DNA of 64,000 bases from positions 67,873 to 131,872 of the forward strand of contig LCHW01000003.1 in assembly GCA_001000675.1 (NCBI GenBank). The letters are read 5' to 3'. The first letter of the stretch is position 1; every line of letters begins with the position of its first letter. This stretch comes from Candidatus Wolfebacteria bacterium GW2011_GWE2_44_13. GTDB lineage: Bacteria; Patescibacteriota; Minisyncoccia; UBA6257; UBA9933. The translations under genes and the position numbers were made by a program. Shown piece after piece: positions 1 to 9,247 of the stretch. Below the pieces are notes generated by a model. It searched no databases, was not told the origin of the DNA, and saw nothing but the letters and a program-made list of their open reading frames with translations.

Positions 1-376
1 CCATTTCCTTTGATTGTAAGTCGATTCCCTCGGTCTTGTTTTTAATCAACTGCTCCAAATCGGTTTCGCTGTATCGTTTTTCTAACTCCTCATCAATTAA
101 AATACCTTCTATTAACGCATCCATAGTCGCTCGCTGCAAATCCCGCTGCACTTCCTTTGTGTCCATTATTACATCGCTTTCTCCTGTTATTTTTATATTA
201 CTTCGATAAAAATGGTCTGCCATTGTAAAATTCTCCCTAAACATGCCATAGGTAATTGGCGCAAGCCCTACGCGTGCAACAGGCCAATAGCCCGTAACTC
301 CAATTACAATTCCCCCTATAAATACTAACCCTCCTCCGATGATTGCTATTAATTTTATTATTTTTTTACCTTTCAT
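1..376 (-). CDS. partial CDS (start at 376, continues past window edge); N-terminal TM anchor followed by a SurA-N/PpiD-like chaperone-type region
   Basis: Manual minus-strand translation from the ATG at 376..374: MKGKKIIKLIAIIGGGLVFIGG...MDALIEGILIDEELEKRYSE. Not in the ORF track because it is truncated by the window edge. Confidence 0.3.
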   Translation of the reverse strand, partial: MKGKKIIKLIAIIGGGLVFIGGIVIGVTGYWPVARVGLAPITYGMFRENFTMADHFYRSNIKITGESDVIMDTKEVQRDLQRATMDALIEGILIDEELEKRYSETDLEQLIKNKTEGIDLQSKEM

Positions 377-399
377 TGCAGTATATATGTTCACAATTA

Positions 400-693
400 T
401 TATGGAGTAATGATCATCACTTTTTCCCCTGGGTTTTTATAATTAAATTTTGCACGCAGTTCTTTTTCAAGATTTTCTTCTCGAGAAAAATAATCTAATT
501 GCTCCTGCAATGACTCGTTTTCCTTATTCAGCATCTCTACTTTTTCTTTAGATGCCTGTAGTTGATTTCCCATATCATTCCCTTTTCGAAACAATCCGAA
601 GGCCTGAATAGAAACTACTATAATGATAATTGCTAGGAGTGCGATTGTAATATATTTACCCATATATTTAATACTATACCGTAACAGACGCAC
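400..693 (-). CDS. ftsB: septum formation initiator, FtsB/DivIC-like (TM + coiled coil)
   Basis: 97 aa. N-terminal TM helix, leucine-zipper coiled coil, C-terminal ...YKNPGEKV motif typical of the FtsB/DivIC family. Confidence 0.55.
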   Translation of the reverse strand: MRLLRYSIKYMGKYITIALLAIIIIVVSIQAFGLFRKGNDMGNQLQASKEKVEMLNKENESLQEQLDYFSREENLEKELRAKFNYKNPGEKVMIITP

Positions 694-922
694 CTTGTCA
701 CTTTTTCGGCGGATGCCGAGTCTATCTTTTCCACTTTTTTTATAAAAAGTGGAGCAAAAAATCGCGAGCGAATAAAAATGACGGAATGGACTCGAAAATT
801 TCTAACGAAACTGCGAACTCGCTCCTGCTCACCGCTCAGACACCGCAGTTTCTGAGGAAATTTTTGTCGCCCATTTGATCCGCCATTTTCACAGGCTCGC
901 AGATGCAGAATGCACCCCTCTT

Positions 923-2722
923 TTATTTCTTCAGCAATTCTTTAAACACGTCCGCAGACACATTTACTTTTGCCATAGACAATAGGCGCTTCTTTCCTTC
1001 TTTTTGCTTCTTCCATAGCTTCATCTTGCGTGTTCTGTCTCCTCCATACAGATACCCTGTTACATCTTTGCGCATTGGCGCAATTGTTTCACGCGCAATA
1101 ACCTTCGCCCCTGTAGTTATTTGGATTGCTTGCGCAAATTGCTGTTGCGGCAATAGATCCTTTAGTCGCAGTGCCATTTGTCGTGCTTCATATTCAATAT
1201 CTTTCTTCGGAAGAATGCGGGACAATCCTACAACCATATCTTTCGCAACCATAACATCAATGCGTGCTAAATCCGCCTTTTGATAATCGGCCATTTCATA
1301 ACTAAATGACGCAAATCCATGCGTAAGTGATTTTAATTGATCATCGAAGTCTGAAATCAATTCCATAAGCGGCATGCGCGTCCTAATAAGCACGCGATCC
1401 CCCATGTTCGTTGTTTGCATTTCCCCCATACGAAATATTTCTTTCAATTTCATAATAGGGCCTAAATATACTGTTGGTGCAAGTATTTCCAATTCAATCA
1501 TCGGTTCCCATATTTCATCATATTCGGCAGGAAGATCTTGGGGATTCTCAATAACAACCAACCCCGCTGTGTGTGGTTTTTTTATTTTATATGCCACCGA
1601 AGGGAAACTGTTTACCGTGTCCATATCGAAATCTTGCTCCAATCGCTGTGAGATGATTTCAAAATGTAATTTTCCTAAAAAGCCTACTTTAAATCCGCGC
1701 CCTAACACGTCGTTATAGTCCGGCTCTGTTTTTAGGGCGGGGTCCGTGAGCTTTAACTTCTGAAATGCCTTTTTCATTTCCTCATATTCACTCCCGTCTT
1801 CTGGGAAAAACGAAACGAACACGCGTGGTTGCGGTTCTTGGTATCCTCCCAAATCCGTATCACCAATCGTATCTCCGATTTTCAACTTATCCGGATCTTT
1901 AATACCCGTTGCGATGTACCCGATTTCTCCTTTCGAAATCTTTGTTGATGCCTTCATCTTCGGCTGAAAATAGCCCACTTCTTTTGTTTTAATCTTCACG
2001 TTTGTTGCAACTAATCGTGTATCTTGGTTGCCCACAAATTCGCCATGAAATACACGCACGAATGCGATAATTCCCTTGTGGTCGTCATACACAGAATCAA
2101 ACACCAATGCCGCTCTTCCTTTGCTCGTTTCATCAATCTGCTCTTTTGATCCTTGTTCCCATTCTTTTGGAGGGGGCAATTTTACAATCACCTCTTCGAG
2201 GAGATCTTGCACACCCAATCCTGTCTTTCCTGAAATTCTAAAAATATCATCAAGTTCACATCCTAATAGCTGTGCTGTTTCCAACAATACCGTATCCAGC
2301 TGCGGCGGATTCATATCCACTTTGTTTAACGCGCCTATAATTTTAAGCCCAGCCTTTTTAGCCATTTCAAAGTTCGCAAGTGTCTGTGCCTGAATACCTT
2401 GCGTTGCATCTACCAACAAGATAACACCCTCCACCGCTTTGAATGCGCGCGATACTTCATATGCAAAATCAGGATGCCCCGGGGTATCGATAAGGTTTAA
2501 AATGTATTGTTTACCATCACGCTGACTCTTGTAGTCCATACGCACTGGGGCCATTTTAATGGTTATTCCCCGCTCGCGCTCTAGATCCATTTGATCAAGA
2601 AATTGTGCTTTCATTTCACGTACTTCTACGGTCTTTGTTATTTCCAAAAGACGGTCCGCTAACGTGGACTTTCCGTGGTCGATGTGTGCGATTATCGCGA
2701 AATTGCGAATGTTCCTTGTCAT
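923..2722 (-). CDS. lepA: elongation factor 4 (LepA)
   Basis: 599 aa. G-domain AHIDHGKST, DTPGHxDF, NKxD. Full-length LepA architecture. Confidence 0.95.
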   Translation of the reverse strand: MTRNIRNFAIIAHIDHGKSTLADRLLEITKTVEVREMKAQFLDQMDLERERGITIKMAPVRMDYKSQRDGKQYILNLIDTPGHPDFAYEVSRAFKAVEGVILLVDATQGIQAQTLANFEMAKKAGLKIIGALNKVDMNPPQLDTVLLETAQLLGCELDDIFRISGKTGLGVQDLLEEVIVKLPPPKEWEQGSKEQIDETSKGRAALVFDSVYDDHKGIIAFVRVFHGEFVGNQDTRLVATNVKIKTKEVGYFQPKMKASTKISKGEIGYIATGIKDPDKLKIGDTIGDTDLGGYQEPQPRVFVSFFPEDGSEYEEMKKAFQKLKLTDPALKTEPDYNDVLGRGFKVGFLGKLHFEIISQRLEQDFDMDTVNSFPSVAYKIKKPHTAGLVVIENPQDLPAEYDEIWEPMIELEILAPTVYLGPIMKLKEIFRMGEMQTTNMGDRVLIRTRMPLMELISDFDDQLKSLTHGFASFSYEMADYQKADLARIDVMVAKDMVVGLSRILPKKDIEYEARQMALRLKDLLPQQQFAQAIQITTGAKVIARETIAPMRKDVTGYLYGGDRTRKMKLWKKQKEGKKRLLSMAKVNVSADVFKELLKK

Positions 2723-2767
2723 TGAGGCATAGTACCGTAAAAATCGGTATAAATCCAGTTGTGGACC

Positions 2768-2796
2768 AAAAACCGTCAGCCCTGGGCTGACGGTTT
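2768..2796 (-). terminator. intrinsic terminator hairpin (CGTCAGCCCTGGGCTGACG) downstream of the Mur-ligase-like gene
   Basis: GC hairpin followed by a U-run on the minus strand. Confidence 0.5.
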
Positions 2797-2800
2797 ATTC

Positions 2801-3622
2801 TTAATCTCTTTGCAACATTCCCTTTGCCATGCGGCTAAAGAATTCTTTTGGCTGTGCCTTAAAATTGTCTAGCACAATTTCTCGAACAAGCTCGGCATAG
2901 ATATGGTGTTGGCCAAATCTGCTCACCTTTTTCCTATACGACTCGAGCTCCTTTCGTTTTACTTCGAATCTAAATTCTTCTCCTGTTTCCGTTCGCTTTT
3001 GATCTACTGCCCTAAACTGTGCGTCTTCAGCAAATCCATACGTGACCACCTTTCCTTTGTATACGTTTGCAAGATTACGAATACGGTCATCATCCGCATT
3101 TATAATTAATATGCCGTTCCATGGAAGTGCCTCTGCGAGTACTGCGAATTCTTTGGCAATATTATCCAGTGTTTCAAACTGCTCTTGATAAATCATAGTA
3201 ATCGTTGTTGCGACAACCATATTTGGCTTCACGATACTCAAGAGATACTCCATATCGTGTGGGCTATCAATCGCCATCTCAAGAATAAGGTGCTCTGTCT
3301 TTTCTCGATCAATTGCTTGCTTGCGAAAGTCGAGTGCTTTCTTTGTTGCTTCCCATAGTATTTCCATCCATGCGCGCACATCCCCTTCTCCTGAGGGTAG
3401 GTCAAGGATAGAAAGAGGTAACCCTATTTCTGCGTTGAAATGCTTTTTATTTGCACGCACCAAAAAGTTTCGCTCATGCAATGCCTGTTCCACGGCCTCT
3501 TTCATCCATGTGCGTCGCGTTGTACCTGCAATCACGATGATATACGGCTTTGTCTTTGCGACGTGTGCTTTTGCAAGCCACTTCAGGACAAATGCTATTG
3601 GTTTTTTAAGAATATCGTTCAT
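2801..3622 (-). CDS. Mur ligase family protein (MurF-like N-terminal + central domain only), atypical P-loop GTTRRT
   Basis: 273 aa. IIVIAGTTRRT in place of GTNGKT. FNAEIGLPLSIL, ...LEMAIDSPHDMEYL..KPNMVVATTI and ILIINADD match Mur ligase central-domain motifs. No C-terminal domain. Confidence 0.5.
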   Translation of the reverse strand: MNDILKKPIAFVLKWLAKAHVAKTKPYIIVIAGTTRRTWMKEAVEQALHERNFLVRANKKHFNAEIGLPLSILDLPSGEGDVRAWMEILWEATKKALDFRKQAIDREKTEHLILEMAIDSPHDMEYLLSIVKPNMVVATTITMIYQEQFETLDNIAKEFAVLAEALPWNGILIINADDDRIRNLANVYKGKVVTYGFAEDAQFRAVDQKRTETGEEFRFEVKRKELESYRKKVSRFGQHHIYAELVREIVLDNFKAQPKEFFSRMAKGMLQRD

Positions 3623-4803
3623 ACCTGTTTTTTAAAATATTTCTTAATACGCCCAAATGCCCGATCAATATCCTTTTCTGTTCGTCCAAAAGAAATGCGA
3701 ATGTGCCCTTCTCCATTTGGACCAAATGCAGCCCCTGGAACAACTGCTACATGTGCCTTTTCAAGTAATTCGCGCGCAAATTCCCATGAGTCACGCTTTG
3801 GCAATAGTTTCGGGAATACGAAGTACGCTCCGTTTGGTTTTTGATATGAGAAAAATTCCGACAACTCATCAAGGTGCGCCATTGTCACATCTCTTCTTCG
3901 TGTGTATTCATTTCTAAAATATTCAATATCCTTTTCTGCAAAATCAAGCGCAGCGATGGCTGCGTATTGAGAAATAACAGGGGCACACGTTACCATCGCG
4001 TCGTGCACTTTAACAATTTCACTAATAATCTCCACGTCGCTATGCACAAACCCAATACGCCATCCGGTCATTGCGTATGCCTTTGAAAGGCTAAACACGC
4101 GAATAACGCGCTTGCGTAATTCAGGAATTTGCGCGAGCGAAAAGAATGGTTCACTTTCACCATCTACTGTGTACAAAAAATCTTTATACACTTCATCTGT
4201 AATAATATAAAACTTTTTCTTTTCTGCGAGCTCGGCAATCTTTAACAACTCTTCCTTTTTAAATATAGTTCCTGTTGGATTATTTGGATTTGCAAACAAA
4301 ATCCCCGCTGTATTTGCAGTTATCTTTTTAGTCAAGTTATCAAAATCAATACTCCATCCATTTTTCTCATCAAGATTCACAAACACTGGCTTTCCGCCGG
4401 CAACCTTCACCGCTTCGGCGTAGGATGTGTAGCTCGGAGAAAATAAAAGGATCTCGTCTTTTTTACCATCAATAATTGTTATCAATGACGCGGTAATTGC
4501 TTCAATAGAACCTGCTGTTACCACGATTTCGTTTTCAAAATCGTAATACATCCCCTCTTGTGCAAGCTTCTCCTCTATAGTTTCGCGTAGTTCAGGCAAT
4601 CCGTATGTGAGCGAATACTTTGCAACAAGCCCTTTATTCAGGGCTTTTATCGTTGCCTTTTTAATAACCTCTGGTGTATCAAACGATGGAATACCCTGTG
4701 CCAATGAAACGACATCGGGGATCTTCGATGCCAATAGCTCAATCTGCTTTATCGGCGAGAGATTTATTTTCTGTGTTCTCGGAAATAATACTTTCGGTGC
4801 CAT
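3619..4803 (-). CDS. PLP-dependent aminotransferase, class I/II (aspartate/aromatic aminotransferase-like)
   Basis: 394 aa. NPNNPTG motif. SLSKAYAMTGWRIG (PLP-lysine region). Confidence 0.85.
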   Translation of the reverse strand: MAPKVLFPRTQKINLSPIKQIELLASKIPDVVSLAQGIPSFDTPEVIKKATIKALNKGLVAKYSLTYGLPELRETIEEKLAQEGMYYDFENEIVVTAGSIEAITASLITIIDGKKDEILLFSPSYTSYAEAVKVAGGKPVFVNLDEKNGWSIDFDNLTKKITANTAGILFANPNNPTGTIFKKEELLKIAELAEKKKFYIITDEVYKDFLYTVDGESEPFFSLAQIPELRKRVIRVFSLSKAYAMTGWRIGFVHSDVEIISEIVKVHDAMVTCAPVISQYAAIAALDFAEKDIEYFRNEYTRRRDVTMAHLDELSEFFSYQKPNGAYFVFPKLLPKRDSWEFARELLEKAHVAVVPGAAFGPNGEGHIRISFGRTEKDIDRAFGRIKKYFKKQV

Positions 4804-4833
4804 ACAGGTAGAATGTTTAATCAGTTCAGTATA

Positions 4834-5379
4834 TCACACCTCCTTGTTCTCTGCACTTTTTGTTCTTTTTCGTTTTTCTGCCACGGCAACTGGCTGTGCC
4901 CTCTCCGTAATATACATGCGTAATATTTTCAAGAAACGAGAGGCTACAAAAATCGCGCCAACTTCCAATGCAGTAAATGTAATTTCTTTCAATATGTGCA
5001 ACTCTTCCCCATGTGAAGACTCCATAAAATGTCCATTCGTTGCAAAATTAACCACATACAATACGAATGTCATAATGAGCCACAGAAATACGAAGTACTC
5101 CCCTTTCCTTCGATTCACCAGCTCTTCCTTCTCCATAAGCCAATGCATCGCTTCCTTATGCAAAGAATACAAACCCAGCACACCAAAATAGAAAAGGTTT
5201 ATTTCATCAGACACATATTCGCCCCTACTAAAAAATCGTACCAACGACATACCAATTGCCGCGTACGTAACCGCTAAACAGATTGCGTATAGTGTGTCGT
5301 TGATCTGTCGTTCAACGCTTTTTGCTCCTTGTTTTATCATAGGCTTATTATACACAAAAAATGCAAATGCGTATGCCAA
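4834..5379 (-). CDS. hypothetical membrane protein (4 predicted TM)
   Basis: 181 aa. Hydrophobic helices. Basic C-terminal tail. Confidence 0.4.
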   Translation of the reverse strand: MAYAFAFFVYNKPMIKQGAKSVERQINDTLYAICLAVTYAAIGMSLVRFFSRGEYVSDEINLFYFGVLGLYSLHKEAMHWLMEKEELVNRRKGEYFVFLWLIMTFVLYVVNFATNGHFMESSHGEELHILKEITFTALEVGAIFVASRFLKILRMYITERAQPVAVAEKRKRTKSAENKEV

Positions 5380-5386
5380 TAAAAAA

Positions 5387-5404
5387 GGCGCTCTTTCGAG
5401 CGCC
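5387..5404 (-). terminator. intrinsic terminator hairpin GGCGCTCTTTCGAGCGCC
   Basis: Perfect 7-bp GC stem. An A-run on the plus strand gives a U-run on the minus strand. Lies downstream of the 5422..5823 gene. Confidence 0.5.
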
Positions 5405-5421
5405 TATTACTCCTACTGAAT

Positions 5422-5823
5422 CTACCTCGAGGCAAAGAAGACTATCCCCCGTGAAGACTCCATCATCTTCACCTTCGACGGATCGTCGGAGAGGAGTGCC
5501 GATACGGTTCGTATGTCGGCGCACGTAATCTGGCGCCTCGTACCGCCTGTCACGAGAAATGCCCTTTCGCTGGCGAAGTTCGACTCCCCAATTCTCCCTG
5601 TAGCGAGAGCCAGTAATCCCTCTCTGGCCATCTTCTCACACGCTTCGCAAAGCGAGGGAATCTGAGAAGGTCTCGCATCCTCATTCACAAAAAGTTCCTC
5701 CTTGCATTCGTCGCAACAGCGATTAACTCGCTCCCCCGCAATCCGTTGCACAGTTCGGCTAGCACGCCGCAGCCCGAACTCCTTAATGAGCCCTTGCTGT
5801 TCTTCCGTAAGCTGCCTTGGCAT
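5422..5823 (-). CDS. hypothetical protein, GC-rich ORFan with CxxC...CxxC pairs
   Basis: 133 aa. CCDECKEE...SLCEACEK zinc-ribbon-like motif. Local GC is clearly above background. A TTGACA -35-like box with 17-bp spacer sits on the minus strand around 5866..5871, and an SD is present. Confidence 0.4.
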   Translation of the reverse strand: MPRQLTEEQQGLIKEFGLRRASRTVQRIAGERVNRCCDECKEELFVNEDARPSQIPSLCEACEKMAREGLLALATGRIGESNFASERAFLVTGGTRRQITCADIRTVSALLSDDPSKVKMMESSRGIVFFASR

Positions 5824-5896
5824 ACTCTTTCCCCTTTCTTCTGATATAATGACGAACTGATTTCAAAGTATGCCCATAACCACGTTTTGTCAATTT

Positions 5897-6601
5897 TTAT
5901 TTACCCATCCTTCTGTCCGTAGACGCGAAATAGTTGAGTGCTTTTTCAAACTCCCGCTCCGAAAAATCCGGCCACAATATTTTAGTAAAATAAAAATGCG
6001 CATTGGCTATATCCCACATCATGAAGCCACTTGACCAATGTGGCTCTCCTCCCGTCCTAATCACTAGATCAACTGGCGGTAGACCGCTTGTCCATAAATT
6101 TTTCTTCACCAACTCCTCATTAATTTCCAATTTGTCATTTTTCCTTTTGGCTTTTGCTATTTCTTTTATCCCGTTCATCATTTCATCGATTCCGTTATAT
6201 GCCAGCAAAAAAGTAAGCTGATGGTCGCCGTAGCCTTTAGTCGCATCTATCGCCTCTTCTATCTTCTCGATAAGGCTTTTCGGGAACCCCTGCCTCCATC
6301 TCCCAATTACATTTATTTTAACCTTGTTCTTATGAATATCCCTATTTTTTGCAAGTTTCTTAAAATTGCTTTCGAGAATCTTATATATAAAATTTATTTC
6401 CGTAGATTTTCTTTTTTCAATATTATCAAGCGAAAGCCCCCAAAAAGTGATTGCGTAAACGTTGCCGTTAATCGCTTGTTTCGTTATGTCGACGATCCTT
6501 TTTGCCCCTTCGCGATGCCCAAAAAAATCCGGTAGGCTCTTTTCCCTTGCCCACCTCCTGTTGCCGTCCGGTATTACTGCAATATGTTTTGGAATATTCA
6601 T
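5897..6601 (-). CDS. uppS: undecaprenyl-diphosphate synthase (cis-prenyltransferase)
   Basis: 234 aa. HIAVIPDGNRRWA, AITFWGLSLDN, RTGGEPHWSSGFMMW motifs. Confidence 0.9.
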   Translation of the reverse strand: MNIPKHIAVIPDGNRRWAREKSLPDFFGHREGAKRIVDITKQAINGNVYAITFWGLSLDNIEKRKSTEINFIYKILESNFKKLAKNRDIHKNKVKINVIGRWRQGFPKSLIEKIEEAIDATKGYGDHQLTFLLAYNGIDEMMNGIKEIAKAKRKNDKLEINEELVKKNLWTSGLPPVDLVIRTGGEPHWSSGFMMWDIANAHFYFTKILWPDFSEREFEKALNYFASTDRRMGK

Positions 6602-6781
6602 ACACTCGTATGTAGTTTATATAACTATGCCTAGTAAGACAATGTGCCTCCTCCGTCGCCGACTCTTTTTAAAGCAAAGCAGTTTGCTTTAAAAAGTAGT
6701 TTTCGAATCCCTCACGCAATGCGCGCAGGCGCATTGCTCCTCTCCGCAAAAATAAAAACCCTTTCGGGTTTATTATTTTTG

Positions 6782-6868
6782 CGGAGAGGGAGGGATTCGA
6801 ACCCTCGAGGGGGTTGCCCCCCTAACATCTTAGCAGGATGTCCCTTTCAACCACTCAGGCACCTCTCC
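6782..6868 (-). tRNA. tRNA-Ser (anticodon GCU), long variable arm, no encoded CCA
   Basis: Reverse-complement folds as GGAGAGG acceptor, anticodon stem ACATC/GATGT with loop CUGCUAA, long variable arm and TTCGAATCC T-loop. Confidence 0.8.
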
Positions 6869-6955
6869 GTGTATTAACCAATAGTCTTTGACTGCTAAAA
6901 TACTTCCGTATTGTACGGGAAAAATACTACTTTAGCAACCAAAGCCGCTTACGTA

Positions 6956-7210
6956 TTACCAATTTTGAATCATGCTCTTTAACTTGATCCACCGTTGGTC
7001 ATTATTTCCTTTTATTTTTATAGAAGACTCCTTTAACTCCTCCGCTTCTCTCATTATCTCCGCTAATTTTATATCCTCTCTTAAGACACTCATTGCCATA
7101 CCTCCCGCTATTTCATAGCATGCATCCCCGATGTTTATCTCTCCTCGTTCTACCTTATCTACTAAATCCCTATATCGTTTTACATAATCTACCTTGTTTC
7201 CTTTTATCAT
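6956..7210 (-). CDS. hypothetical small protein
   Basis: 84 aa ORF. No recognisable family. Confidence 0.3.
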   Translation of the reverse strand: MIKGNKVDYVKRYRDLVDKVERGEINIGDACYEIAGGMAMSVLREDIKLAEIMREAEELKESSIKIKGNNDQRWIKLKSMIQNW

Positions 7211-7214
7211 ACTA

Positions 7215-8462
7215 TTATTTTATTTGTTTATTCTCTGTGTTTTCCAATTTCCATGTCAGCCAAATCATCCATAACGCTACACAAATACACAACAATGAGT
7301 TTACGCTTAGCGACATCTTAAACCCATATTGCGAATACAAGAATCCGGCAATTAACGGAGCGATTGCATACCCAAGACTTGAAACGATGCTCTTTAGCCC
7401 CACAAATTCTCCATCTTCTCTATGATCTATATCGTTTGCCTCGAGTGCATGTGCCGCAGAGTAATAGGCAAGATTGTTTCCGATACCGATAATAAAGCCT
7501 ACGATAATTAACCATACTGGCCATCCATAAAATGGGAGTGCAATAAGCCCGACGATTATAAACAGCCATCCCAATGAATGCGTGTGCTTCCAATTATATT
7601 TATCTGCTAAATACCCCGCATACCCTGCAAAAAACGCCGTAACTAAATCATATACTCCCAGCTGTAACCCTCCTCCCCCGCTTAACCCTATCTTTGCTAA
7701 GTGTAATGGAAACACAAACCAAATCGTTCCATAAAACATTCCTTCAAAAAAAGTTGCGCCGATAAGTAGTAGTGGATAATTTTTATTTTCTTTAATAAAC
7801 CATAATCCATTCTTAATAGCCGGAATTGGATTTATACTTTTAAGAAGCACCCTACTCTGTATCTTGCTTGCCGTAATATCATCGGGTAAAAGCGACAACA
7901 TCGTAAAACTTGCTCCATATACAAATATCAGTATCCACGCTGCAAACACCTCATTTCCTGCGATGACGAAGAACGGCAATGTAACGGTAGCAAAAAATAT
8001 TGCCAAAGAGCTAATATTCCCATACAAACCGAATGCCATACCGCCCTCATCTTTTTTTGTTGTTCGTAAAATATATGTTTCCGATGAATCTCTAAACCCA
8101 TATCCAATAAACAACAAGAGTGCGAATGCTGTTAATGCAACTGGATTGTGTAATGAAAATGTAATCCAAACAAGACCCGCTAAAACTCCTGAAGCAAGCC
8201 CGATCATAACGGTTTTCCTGCCTCCAATCTTATCTGCCAAATTTCCTCCAATCGGATCTATTAACAACGCCTCAATAAGACACAGGACACTGATAATAAC
8301 TCCCGTATACCACTCGCCATAGATAACCGCTATCACTACTGGCAGGACGCCATATATTGTCGCGCTTCCAAACGCGGCCACACCTGCACCCGAAATAAAC
8401 AAGAGGAAGCTTTTGTGATGCGCAGTCCACCCATTAATTAATTTTGGAACATGTGTGAGCAT
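7215..8462 (-). CDS. MFS transporter
   Basis: 415 aa. About 12 TM segments. MFS-like loop motifs (GxLaDkiGrK). Confidence 0.7.
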   Translation of the reverse strand: MLTHVPKLINGWTAHHKSFLLFISGAGVAAFGSATIYGVLPVVIAVIYGEWYTGVIISVLCLIEALLIDPIGGNLADKIGGRKTVMIGLASGVLAGLVWITFSLHNPVALTAFALLLFIGYGFRDSSETYILRTTKKDEGGMAFGLYGNISSLAIFFATVTLPFFVIAGNEVFAAWILIFVYGASFTMLSLLPDDITASKIQSRVLLKSINPIPAIKNGLWFIKENKNYPLLLIGATFFEGMFYGTIWFVFPLHLAKIGLSGGGGLQLGVYDLVTAFFAGYAGYLADKYNWKHTHSLGWLFIIVGLIALPFYGWPVWLIIVGFIIGIGNNLAYYSAAHALEANDIDHREDGEFVGLKSIVSSLGYAIAPLIAGFLYSQYGFKMSLSVNSLLCICVALWMIWLTWKLENTENKQIK

Positions 8463-8468
8463 ACGCGT

Positions 8469-9116
8469 TTATATCTTTTTCAGTGTTGCATATGCAGCTT
8501 TTTTGTCGGTTGCGGTAAAAATATACGAACCTGAAACAATAATGTCACCCCCTGCGTCTTTTATTGTTGGTGCTGTTCGGTCGTTTACTCCTCCGTCTAT
8601 TTCAATGGTGATTCCTGGGTACAACGCTTTCAGAAAAACTATTTTCTCTAATACGTTCCGCTGAATCTTTTGTCCGGAGAATCCTGGCTTTACTGCGAGC
8701 AGCTGAATGAATGGAAAGTGCTCAATATATGTTGCAGCCGCTTTTATTGGTGTAGCTGGTAATAGTGCGATTCCAATCTTTCCTTTCCCAAACCCTTTTA
8801 AGAAAAGAATGTCCTTTTCGGTTATCGTCTCCACATGCACAATAATACGTTTTGCCCCTGCCTCAAGCCAGCGCATAACTAATGGCTTTGGATCGACTAC
8901 CATGAGATGTATCTCGAAATTAATCCCTTCGATTTTTTCCGTCTTCAACCACTCCTTTAACTTCTCCGGATTATTCCAGCTTTTATTCGGATTAAATTTA
9001 CCATCGCTTACGTCTATTTGTAGCCAGCTATTTTTCGGCAAAAAAGCCCGCGCTTCTTTTATTTGCTTTTTAACCGCTGCAAATGTGTTGCAATTAATTG
9101 TAGGGATGACTTTCAT
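8469..9116 (-). CDS. rpe: ribulose-phosphate 3-epimerase
   Basis: Start moved to the internal MKVIPTI (ATG at 9116). HLMV, DGGV and SGS motifs. The 33-codon N-terminal extension in the ORF track (..SFPRRRES..) is a read-through of a REP-like repeat. Confidence 0.85.
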   Translation of the reverse strand: MKVIPTINCNTFAAVKKQIKEARAFLPKNSWLQIDVSDGKFNPNKSWNNPEKLKEWLKTEKIEGINFEIHLMVVDPKPLVMRWLEAGAKRIIVHVETITEKDILFLKGFGKGKIGIALLPATPIKAAATYIEHFPFIQLLAVKPGFSGQKIQRNVLEKIVFLKALYPGITIEIDGGVNDRTAPTIKDAGGDIIVSGSYIFTATDKKAAYATLKKI

Positions 9117-9121
9117 GGTTT

Positions 9122-9146
9122 TAATCGTAGTGGATTCCCTCCTTCG
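9122..9146. repeat. REP-like palindromic repeat copy GGATTCCCTCCTTCGCGGGAATGAC (a diverged second hairpin at 9212..9240 ends in the same GGAATGAC)
   Basis: Near-identical copies at 37427, 41950, 41985, 53244, 57375 and 57411. Stem ATTCCCGC/GCGGGAAT. Confidence 0.8.
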
Positions 9147-9247
9147 CGGGAATGACGCTTCGAGAGCAAATTCCTCGACACCCGGCGCATTGCACGCTCG
9201 TGTACTCGTTAGCAATGCCGAGGGTCAAGCTCGGAATGACAGAAAAT

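Noticed and set aside
731-752. AT-rich hairpin CCACTTTTTTTATAAAAAGTGG downstream of lepA
   Set aside because: The stem is almost entirely A/T and probably too weak to be an intrinsic terminator. Not annotated.
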